A stretch of DNA of 57,807 bases, counting the filler, from Trypethelium eluteriae (Eukaryota), in assembly GCA_051942245.1 (NCBI GenBank). It is 4 parts of 4 records of this genome, joined end to end, with 100 filler letters (N's around TTAATTAATTAA, not from the genome) between each part and the next. Parts side by side here need not be neighbours in the genome. Positions count along the whole stretch, not along the records: positions 1 to 14,419 come from JAVECL010000690.1; positions 14,520 to 28,904 come from JAVECL010000691.1; 2 more parts are not named here. One strand, given 5' to 3'. How positions within the stretch are numbered: the first letter of the stretch is position 1; each line of letters opens with the position of its first letter. Below the pieces are notes generated by a model. It did not search any database. It had not been told where the DNA came from and worked only from the letters and a program-made list of their open reading frames with translations. Positions 11,301 to 21,509 of this stretch are shown in pieces. Made by a program: the position numbers and the translations under genes.

Positions 11301-13262
11301 GACGGGTCGTGAACGGAGGGAGAGTTGAGTGACCGTGTGGTTCAAGTGTTTGAGTGCTTCGGCTGAGACCGAGGACAGGTGACGTGAGGGTATGAGACGG
11401 GGAAGTTGCTGGGGCTCAGGATGGACGAGGTGACAAGTTCGCCGAGGCAATCGCTGAAGAGAAGCAGGTGAGCCTTGTCGTCTCTAATGTTCTGCCCCTG
11501 GCTCCTCTCCTGTCCTCGTAAGGGGACATATCTGCGCAATCCAGCATGTTCCACGGATGCCTTGGTACAACGGCGACCGAGTTTCGACTGTTTCTTCGAA
11601 GAAGTTAGCTGGAGCGTGGGCCATGCTGGTCATACATTGTTCTACTGCTGTCTTCTTGCGGTCTGGGTCGTGCAATGAAAAGTCCGAATGCACCGAGGGA
11701 CGTCGAAGAAGGAGAAGCACATCACATGTTTGAGTTGCACAGGATCGTGCCTGAATACCAGCGGCTACCCCGGAATTGCAATTGAGATAGGCAGAAATAA
11801 GCTTCTAATCTTGCATTGTGTGACCCCGGCAAGAATCTGCCCCCTGTCAGATTCGATTTTTTATTGTCATGTCATTCGCTGGACGTTTTTCGGACCACGC
11901 CGTTGGAAACGCTGAGACATGACGTCTACGCATTTCGCTTTTCGGGATAATGGGACCCTTCATGCCCCTGGCCAAACGTGCTGCACGATGCAGATGAATT
12001 CGCCCGACCGCGGGAGGCTCGTGGCGGGGAAGACGGGCCGCAGAGATACTTTCTCTCTTCACCAATCATTGCCAACTCGGTGCTGCTCTGTCGCTACCCG
12101 GGAGATCGTTTCTACCTGTTCGCCACCGACGTTTCTGTACAACGGAACCTTCTTTCCATCGGCAATACTACTCATTCCTTCTCCGCAGACCCTGAATCAA
12201 CTGTTGTGCTATCCGCTATGCCTAATGTACTATCGCCTAGTACCCTTGACACCTTGGTAAGGCTGCAGAGCCGATATCAAGTCCCGCTCTATCATCGAGA
12301 TAGCAAATAGGACTCCCTTGTCAGTTGTACGGAAGTCATCTTTTTCGCTTAAATTACTAGCCTCGTGATCGCTCACGAATGCCTCCGAGCATTCTCGTCT
12401 TGCCTGATCCGGCAGGAATGCTCGTTTTCCATGGCTGGGCAAGACGCTGTCAGAACCTTGATATGCAAGGCTGCCTACTTTCTAGCTGGCATCCTCGAGC
12501 AGTACTAATGCTGGATGTCCACAGTCTGTGTACATTTGTGCTCCTTCGAATATGCCTCGGCGGCGGCACGTCAGCCATGGCGGAGGTGCACTTTTCTGCG
12601 CTGTGCTCGATAACCTCCACGTACCACTGACGGGGTAAAATCCAATCGTTGCTTCAGGTTGCTGGAACGCCCTGCAACATTAGCCATCACAAGCTCTTCA
12701 GCCGAATCTGTACAACACAATCAGTTTCTTGACACACCGCGTACACACTACAAGGCGTGAGTTTCAAGTGCAAAACTGTTCTACTTCTGGACACAACACC
12801 CTTTACCTCCGTTCCAATTATCACCTGGCGGTAATTTCATGTGTTGGCCATGAATATAATATCTAAAGAGACAGTCTGAGGAAGATCCGTAACCAGAATT
12901 GATCACAATCCTTCTGATAAAAATCAAAAGCCATCTTTCCACCCACAGAGCATCGGTCCTGCCCAGAAACTCTGGTCGTCTTCTTGCGGAATATATTACA
13001 TCTTGACTCAAGTAGACCTTTCAGGTCGTCATTGTTGCTATGCCTCGATCGAATCCCAACACAAGCTCGGCTGCAGCCCAGTCTTCTCCATCGAGTTCCA
13101 CGCGTGCCGAGCCCAGGTAAAGTATCCTATTCCGGCAGAGCATCCTTTTCAAACCCTACCACTTCTGCATCACTTGTTTTTTTACTCTTCGACTGTCACC
13201 ATCCTCAACGCCTCCACCTACCTGATTATGACCCATTTCATTCTCTGCCACCCCTGCAGTCT

Positions 13263-13793
13263 ATGCAAAACTTTCCTCTGACATATATTTCACCCAGCAC
13301 GATCTCTACACTCAACCTTCCCCATGGTCTTAGTCTTACTACGCCCACGATCTCCCCCCTCAGTCTCTCTTTTCCCACGAGTACTGCCGCCCACGCCGTC
13401 ACTCCAGCTGCTCCAGCGTCGTCCAGCAATCCGGCGACCAAGGTCCGCTATGGTGTCTCTTCTTCGGCCCCTTCCGGCTCCGTCTCCCGCAGTCCGACCT
13501 GGCAAGCCGGTCCCGGACCCAACGATCGCCCCCCATTCAGCTCCTCTGCTCCTGCCACGTATGGTGGGGGAGGTCAGCAGCAGGCTGGCTCTCCAGCGGC
13601 GTCTAGGCCCGAATTGCCTACGATCCAGGCTCGTACTTTGGATCGGGGAGGAACGGAGATGGCGGAAAATGGTAGGAGGGAGGAGACAGGGGAGGGGCGT
13701 GGAGAGGACAAACCGAAGCGTGAGTGGTCCTACAGTTTGAAGCGGTATGTAGGGACTACCGAGCGCCATGAGAGGCTGGGCAGGGAGTTCTGA
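13263..13793 (+). CDS. Hypothetical Ser/Pro-rich low-complexity protein
   Basis: Inside the 269-codon open frame 12984-13793, first ATG at 13263. No recognisable domain. Confidence 0.4.
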   Translation: MQNFPLTYISPSTISTLNLPHGLSLTTPTISPLSLSFPTSTAAHAVTPAAPASSSNPATKVRYGVSSSAPSGSVSRSPTWQAGPGPNDRPPFSSSAPATYGGGGQQQAGSPAASRPELPTIQARTLDRGGTEMAENGRREETGEGRGEDKPKREWSYSLKRYVGTTERHERLGREF

Positions 13794-14264
13794 GGATTGG
13801 GAAGTATTAGCTTGGTGGGCACCGACCAGACGAGGAGCACTTTTGAGAGTAGTCATGGATCAAGGAAGCCTATGCTGGTGTAGGATACCAGAATGGCGGG
13901 TGCATTTAAGGGGCAGAGGAGGGATTCCACTGAACGGGGGATGGAAATGGTAAGAATGGGACAAGGACCCTTCCATGAATTATGGTGGCTCTGAAGATGC
14001 GGTCAACAGTACACAATTATATCTCTAAATACTTAGACAATATGAATGCAATCTATGAACTAGACATTCGATGATAGAAGCCTAAGGTGTGTACTCCTTA
14101 TGCTTAATCCACCAGTAAGCTGATACATCAAACCGAACCCTCTCCAAAGTACGTAGAATTCGGAAGGCACCTGTTCGGGAATATTCAAGTCAAAGAAGCA
14201 CAAAAAGAGTCATGTACAAGCTTCCGAAAGAAGCGTCTGACGGACAAAACTCCAACCGACGACC

Positions 14265-14419
14265 TCAAATCCACGTCTCAGTACCCACAACCCTAATCGA
14301 ACTCTTCAATTCCTGCTTCCGCTTTTCCTCTCTCTTCTCCTCCCGAGTCTGTTTTAGTCCGGGCTCAACTGCATTCCCCGCCCCACGCGCTACCTCTTCA
14401 TTCCTCCTCCGGCCCCTGG
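14265..14419 (-). CDS. 3' end of a hypothetical protein cut by the assembly gap
   Basis: Open frame from the gap: RGRRRNEEVARGAGNAVEPGLKQTREEKREEKRKQELKSSIRVVGTETWI*. Confidence 0.5.
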
Positions 14420-14519
14420 NNNNNNNNNNNNNNNNNNNNNNNNNNNNNNNNNNNNNNNNNNNNTTAATTAATTAANNNNNNNNNNNNNNNNNNNNNNNNN
14501 NNNNNNNNNNNNNNNNNNN
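14420..14519. other. Artificial assembly spacer (N44-TTAATTAATTAA-N44)
   Basis: Identical 100-nt spacer occurs three times and has stops in all six frames. Confidence 0.98.
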
Positions 14520-15706
14520 GAAACCTGCCATCAACGGCTCAGAAAATGTTTCTGAAAAGTCGTAGTTTTGACTCCAAGCAACTCAAACTCTGTATCCACA
14601 TTGAGGTTTCCCATGGTCCTCTATTAACAGTCGTGAGCAATGACTGTGGCCACTCCTGGACCCTCGGAAACCTTCTCTTCTAGAAAAGTACACCTCATTT
14701 TCTTTACGCAGAGTTACTCTGCCAAGGCATTGCGCGGTGGCCCACATACACGGCAATTATCTTCTTTTACCCTGTCATGATAATTCCATTGGTTACCGTC
14801 GAGGTGGTTTCGATGTCCTATTTGAAAGCGAACTTCTTTCTGTTTTTTGTATCTTTTGAGAAGGCAATTCTCACCAAGGCAAAATGACTGGCAAAAGAAT
14901 TGCACATGACTGAGCGATTAAAAAATGCCGCCAGGACTGAATCTCTGAGTGATACAGCCAGCAAGAATAAGGCCGCCAATAGATTTCTGGGCTGAAGTCG
15001 ATGCAGCAGCGCAGATAATTGCACTGTTTGAGACATATCTGGTACTAATCTTTTTTCTATTGTTCCTTCCTTCAAGATCTCTCCCATGATTGGGGATGTA
15101 ATCTGTCATTTCGCTCACTACCACCCAACCTCAATGATGGAGATAGGTTAGAGCGAGGCTAGCGTAGCTGGATAGACGGAAAAAGGTTTTAGGCAACCGG
15201 CTCAACCTCGACTCAGCTACTTCTCAGTGTGCGTCGTGATTCAGGGCTACTCCATCGAAAGATTTGAACTGCGTACAGTGTTGAGAATCAGCCTGACACT
15301 ATCCAAATTAGGTGTAGCGCAGCTGAGAGAACTTTACTTTAGGCACCTACGCTTAGCCCCAAACCTATTAGGTAACTTACTTCAAGAAATACCAACCATA
15401 AGATGTCCGGCTCATACTTCTAACATACAGTAGCAGCTCTAACAATCGCCTACACAATTTCAGAACCTAAACCACTGTATTATTGAATCCTTGTAAAGTG
15501 AGGCCAGCTCCATACAGGGATTGCAAAGTATTTTACTTTCGCCTTCATGCAAGCCTCTCTTTCCCCTTCCTCCACCATATCTCTAAAACCGCTTCCCCCC
15601 TTTCTTCCCTGTCGTCAGTCTACTCAAATCTCCACCCCAATTCTCCACCTATACCGGACCATATCTTTGTCACAAGACTTCCTTACTGACATCTTCAAAA
15701 ACCGTA

Positions 15707-16687
15707 TCAAGAATCAGTCGTTACGTCATCGGCATCTGTGGCGGATGATTCGAGGCTCTCAGAACGTTTCTGGCCCTTGTTGGAACCAGCAATATGCATG
15801 AATTGATAGGGCCTTACGTCCTTCGTCAGCTGGTAAGCGTAATCGGCAATGTTGACACCCTCGCTGCTGAATAACTCCTCCTTCGGCTGTTTTCCACACA
15901 CCGATGTGTCCGGGGGGGTTTGAAATAGCGCAGTGCAGTAAGTACCAAACGGGCTATTGAGAGTTAGCTAGAAGTAAGTACACAATCGCAGTATCGACAT
16001 CGCGATCAGGAGAGCTGAGTGTCGACCTACGCGCCTGTGAAGGATATGTGAAACCATTTACCGAAGCCTACCTGGGCGGCTACTAAAGCCCTTCCTATAA
16101 CACCGCCTTGGCCTGTTCTTCACATAAGCATTCTCAAGTTCCCATTAGATGAGTAACATATTGCTTACTTCGCTGTTCAGCCAGAGTTGCAGGAAACAAA
16201 TAGGAGGGTTGATTCCAGTGAATGCTTCTCCAAGGAAATTCTTCTCCACTGGTTGTATCTGGATTGATCTGAGCGGTGTGACGTTGTTGCAGGTTCTGGG
16301 CTTGGAATGGGCGTAACTCGCCTCCCGAGGTTCTGTAATTCGTTGTCCTTTCGCCTTCACCCAAGGTTCTTTGACTTTGGGCCCTCTCTTTAGTATTTCT
16401 TCACAAGTATTGATGATCTAAAACTTTACTTACAAGTCTCGACGGCCATTCAGCAAGCAGAGCATTGCGTAACAGTTTTCTTCTGCTATATTAGGCCATC
16501 CCGCAATCTTAAAAGTCACACTGATTGCTTCGTCTTTACTATCTCCAGGATCTCGCTTTTCGAAGTCTGTTTTGTTGAAAGAGGCGTCAATTTCGTTGTT
16601 AAGCTCAGATACTGGAGCTGCAATAGTTGCGGAGCACAGAAAGGTGAACAAGCAGAGCCTGCCGAAAGGACTTCTGAAGAAATTCAT
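15707..16687 (-). CDS. Secreted NucA/NucB-like (beta-beta-alpha-metal) nuclease-family protein, 262 aa, 4 exons
   Basis: Exons 16687-16434, 16374-16169, 16112-16031 and 15953-15707 join in frame (789 nt) with GT-AG introns. Signal peptide, EKR pro-site, CYAMLC, and SGEEFPWRS...PATLAEQRSQGG, which resembles the NucB DEWPMA...DNRGAG core. Confidence 0.7.
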
Positions 16688-17847
16688 GCTAATTAGTCTA
16701 CAAATTTCGAGCTTTTTGTGTTCGTAGCGTGAGATTCTAGAAGGCAATGAGAGAGATGTTATTAATGATAAGTTTCGACCTGTCGTAATTGTCTGAACTG
16801 TGGTTGCAGCAGGTATATATCATTTTCGATTTGTCTACTCTTAGGTTTGAAGATTCTTCTGTGTCAATCTTTCAAATAAAAAACATAAACGTTGCTCTTC
16901 GTCATACTTGCTCTGAAGGAAATTGATTTTCGCATCACGATGCTGAAGGCAGTTGGTAGGTTGGCATATCAGCCTTACCTGACCACTGATCTTCACGACT
17001 CGATTCATCAAAGTGGCATCAGTGAACGAAGTTACAAAGATTCGCTGTAATATTTGGAATACGTATAGCAAAAAGCTGGGCGCAGGCATCCACAGAGAGA
17101 AAAAGAATAATAGGCAACCGCACTGAGGCACAAACGAATCTCAGCCGCGGCGCGGACCGAACAGGATGCACGGGGTTCCAACAGGATCTTGGGTCCTCAT
17201 CAGATTTATTAGTACCGATTCCCTTTTTAGTGGATTTCTTTGAAGTCGGCAATTACGTTTTCAAAGCCAAGCCTGGCGATTGTAGCACACCAGACCATGT
17301 TGGCAGGACTGCGTGCCGCAAAGTATGAACAACAAGATGGACATTTCCAACAGGATGTGCGGATTTTCTGCAGAACGAATATGAACATCCGTAAAGAATG
17401 CCACGGATCGCTGCGAGAAAGTCCCTTGTCGAGTATCACACTGCTGTCCTTTCATTCTTTCTTACTGCATACATGATCATAGCATCCTGAAGTTCTACGA
17501 ACGTCGCAAGAGACTCACTGCAGCACATGGGTCGAATAAGACAGGTATCGGCTACTTGACATGAACTAAGAAAACAATGACTTCATACCTTGAAGGGTGG
17601 ATTTGATCATATGATCTCAGCAAAACATGAAACAGTACTAACAATGACATTACAATGGTAATGTCATAACAACTGATTAAAAGGCAAGGATAAGCTCAAG
17701 CTGTGAGACCTAGGCGTATAAATGTCAGACGGCCCGCTTTAAGAGAGTTCAGAAATTTCATCAAAATATATCATTTCAACATACCATTATCACTTACCCT
17801 TGGCATATAACTAGAATACATCATCAGTACACAATACAGCCTCTAAC

Positions 17848-18390
17848 ATGCAACTCACGACGATCGCCCTCGCTCTCGCTTGCGCCACCAGCCTCATGGC
17901 TTCTTCTCTAACAGAAAAGGATACCACGAACAATGAATACATCGAACTCTTTCGCCAGAAGTCCGCGAATGGTTCTCTCGTCTACCTGGGGCCTCCGTCT
18001 GGCACCCAGCCGGCTCGCTTGGAATCGACTAAGATTGGAGAGCGCAGTTCCTGCCAAACCTCCGCAGCTCCCTCATGTTCTACGGACTACACGGCGCGCA
18101 ATGACATCTGCGACTCGCTTATAACTGAGCTCGGTGGCGACCCGCAGATTGGAGTTGGCATCTCACCCCGTCAAATCTGCTACGAGGGCGCCTCCGCTGA
18201 GTCTGACAAATACTGCTGCGTCTCGTGGCATGATAAAGTTCCCAACCTTGTCAAAGGTGATCTGGCTGGTCCTGCCAGTAGCATCATGCAATCATGTACT
18301 TCTAACGGTATTTCGGGCAAAATTTCGGGCGTCATGGTTTACCAGACCTGTACTACCGTTTGCTTGTCTGATCGTGGCACCGGTTGCTAG
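17848..18390 (+). CDS. Small secreted cysteine-rich protein (180 aa, 10 Cys after the signal peptide), effector/toxin-like
   Basis: Single exon with signal peptide MQLTTIALALACATSLMA and pattern SPRQIC..YCCVSW..ISG..CTTVCLSDRGTGC. TATAAAT about 130 bp upstream. Confidence 0.85.
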   Translation: MQLTTIALALACATSLMASSLTEKDTTNNEYIELFRQKSANGSLVYLGPPSGTQPARLESTKIGERSSCQTSAAPSCSTDYTARNDICDSLITELGGDPQIGVGISPRQICYEGASAESDKYCCVSWHDKVPNLVKGDLAGPASSIMQSCTSNGISGKISGVMVYQTCTTVCLSDRGTGC

Positions 18391-19464
18391 GTACCCAAGG
18401 AGAATTTAGACTGATTTTGCAGGGAGAACAACCCAAGGGCACATACCGGATGTTTGTAAGCTGGTTCTGGCAGCATCGAAGATGTGTATTGTTTAGTACG
18501 CCTGGGATGGACTCCACAAGTATGTGGAGTAAAGATATTCAGTGAGGATATCTATGGTCTATACGAATTCAGTCGTTTGTAAACAGCTCGAAATATACCT
18601 AGATATGTCTTGTATATGTAGTAATCATTCGGGTATGCAGTTTCTGTGCTGGTCTCGGCAGGTGGCCCTCAATATCTCTACGATACTGGGGCAGATGGCC
18701 GCTTTGATTGATGGCACTAGAATTCAGTTTCGTTGTTGTTCTACATTTATCAGAAGGTACCCTGACTAGTCCGAATAGCTTGTATTTCACTTAGACATAT
18801 CCAAGTTTATCTCAAAAGCCGGATATTTGAAATAGGAACAGTTAGAATTGATGGTCGCATAGTAGTCGACTGTCTACAGATGACCTCGGAAACTGTTTTA
18901 TGACACTCATTACCATAGCGAGATAGTAGGTATCACTTGGTACCGTGGTGGTCGTTGCCTCATGTATACTAGCGCATAGCGTACAAAGAGTAGCCTCTTC
19001 TGCATTTCCACTTTACACTACAATCGATGCTCTCTGTTGAGCAACTACTTACTTGAGTCTATGCATACGTTCACCTCATCTTTTGTGTGCAGGCCTTATC
19101 TCCTTCAATCCACCACAATTCGCATCTTCAACATGTAACTGAGATCACCTTTCTTGAAACCGGACTCTCATTCATACCCTGCGTGATACTGTGCCGCACC
19201 CTACGAGATCCACACTTTCGAATCCTTTCGTCATCAGAGAAGGCTACAGTGACGTCATTCTGTTTCATACAGTAGATCTTCTACCTAGTACTTAAGCTCT
19301 GGACTTTGCGCGTCGTTTAGCACCCCCTTTTGTGCATTTCTGTCGTTAGTTCGTTCTCAAGCATTTGACAACTGAACTTGCTTCTCGAAGGACTCTACTT
19401 CGAGAGTTACAATCTCATCACGTAGATTCCAGGCTGTTTATCAGTCACAAATAGTTTTCTTATT

Positions 19465-20088
19465 ATGACCCGAATCCTGCTATTCTGCATTGCCGAGGAG
19501 GCCAAAACAGTGAGCTCAATCTGTTGAAAGCAAGTATGCAAAGCTAACCGATGGCCTCAGTTCATTCACAAAGCCTTAGCTGAAAAACATCACTGGGGAC
19601 CATGGAGAGTCTTCTGGCTCGTTGAATCGCACACTCTCCCGAGCGATAACAAGGGATTCAAGTCGGAGCTTAACGATGATGAGACGTTTGAGACCGAATT
19701 CATTGGTGCCTCCGAAGAGGACTGTCAGAAGTGGGCGCTGGAAAAGCGATACCAGGTCAACTTTATCGATCAGAGGCTCATCGCCATTGCGGATGCGCGC
19801 AGCGCCAGGGATGACACCCTCTTGATACAATTCTGCATCGACTCAGAGCCCTTTGAAATTGAGCCATACGGCGCTCTTCCACGGGACCGTAATGCCTGGT
19901 ATAGCTTTAGAATTGATCACAGCAAAGCCGACCTAGTCGCCGCCTCTTTAACAGAGACTGAAGAAGAAATTACCTTTCCGGTTTATTTTGAGCGCAAAGA
20001 GGAGCTTACAGATGAAAACGGTGTCTTCAATGTCGACAAAGCCGAGCTTCTTGTCGCCGGCAAAGACCCTGATTTGGATACGCTTTAG
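19465..20088 (+). CDS. Small acidic cytoplasmic hypothetical protein (190 aa, 2 exons; tentatively DUF6924-like)
   Basis: Exon 1 19465-19509 (MTRILLFCIAEEAKT), intron 19510-19560 (GTGAGC..GCTAAC..CAG), exon 2 open to TAG 20088. Contains FIGASEEDCQKW, IAIADARSARDDTLL and WYSFRI. No signal peptide. Confidence 0.75.
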
Positions 20089-21509
20089 ATCTGATGGATG
20101 ATGTTTCGTTTGGGAATTTGGGGACAAACTAATAAGTTCGTTAAGAGCGGATGACGTGGATCGTTATGTATTTATATGAAAGTAGAACTTATGAAAACTT
20201 AAATTGGTATGTAAGATGACTCCACGTTGATACAGTTGAAGATATGCCAATTGTAAACCTCCGTACTGATGGGCCCAAAGGAATCTAAGTTTGCGGACTA
20301 CAATCCTTGCAACTGGCGATCAACATAAAGGTTATTATTTAAGCACTCATAATCAGCAGCAACATTGTGATCTGTCAGCTTCACCGGCCATTTTGGGACA
20401 ATGCAGCCAGCACGTAGTTTTGAAGGAATGCTGAAGCCGCTGTCAGAAGCGAGGAGTTTTATTGACTCTTCTGCTTTCGGGAGAACATCTTGCAAACTGT
20501 CCTTGTAGTTCTTAAATGCAAAGTGAACTAGAACGGTGAAGCACTCGCCTCCAATGTGGCTGGGATCGACTGCACTGCTGCGGTCTCTCGGCACTGTATA
20601 AAGGTCATGCCTGCACTGAGGAAGGTGACGCAAAAAGGTCTCAGAACGTTAAAGCGCCTTACAATGGTCGCCTTCACTTATTAGACCGAAACGGTTTTAT
20701 TAGAAGGGTTCTCTAGTCCCCGTTCCGTTTGAGCTGTCAGTGACATAGATCTCACTTAGCAGTGGCTTCAGATTGCTTTGTTGATGAGTGATGAACCAGG
20801 ACTCCGCCATCAGTCGATCCTGCAAGGCAGCGTACATTTATTCACGGCTGGGACATCGGTATTGCTCACGCTAGCTACCTCATATTTGTACGATCAAACA
20901 AGGGAAAATGAGGAAAGAGGAACGGAATCCGGCGACACAGAGTACTGCCCAAAGAGATCGTGGGATAGCGCAGAGCTGCTCCTGAAGGGCCTCGAATTTC
21001 TTGAGTCGGCCTTATCTACATAGCAAGGAGGTTAAGTCGACCAAAGACGTCCAATATCAACACGTTTGGGTCCAAGTCCTTCAGTTACCCATCGAGCACT
21101 TCCTGAATTAAGAAGTGAACTTTCGTCCATTGCGGTACGTTCAACGGTCTAAGTCTGTAGCAAAGAGGGATGAACCATTTCCAAAGGTTGACGCATTGAG
21201 CTCACGTTCCAGTTCGGGGAAGGAAGCTGACCATCCAGTCATCTCACAGCATACCTACTTTACTGCTTAGGTATCAAGGTGTAGGTTGCCGCGATGGTGG
21301 TCCGTGCAATCCGGGGTAAAGAACCAAGCCTTTAGTACCAGTACGGAGTACTTCGTACCTCAAATTACTTCTTGGACCCTGAAACTTCAATACAGTACGG
21401 AAGGCCCTATTCAACTATCCTGGAGTCAACCCTTCTCTAGACCTCTCAGGTTCTCGGCGCAAAAGCAGGTCAAGCTGGCGTTTGGCTTCGAAAAGAGACA
21501 GCTCTAGCT

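Noticed and set aside
11301..12900. Numerous short ORFs after the ValRS relic
   Set aside because: No recognisable motif or consistent splice model. Possibly decayed coding sequence, but unsupported.
14464..14475. TTAATTAATTAA palindrome repeated three times inside N runs
   Set aside because: Artificial six-frame-stop contig linker. Gene adjacency across these points is not biological evidence.
14520..15690. Possible transposon or gene relic at the contig start
   Set aside because: No transposase or RT motifs, terminal repeats or target-site duplications found.
20298..21023. ORFs of 111 and 81 aa next to the accessory block
   Set aside because: Non-ATG starts, no domain and no splice support. 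They may be remnants but cannot be called.
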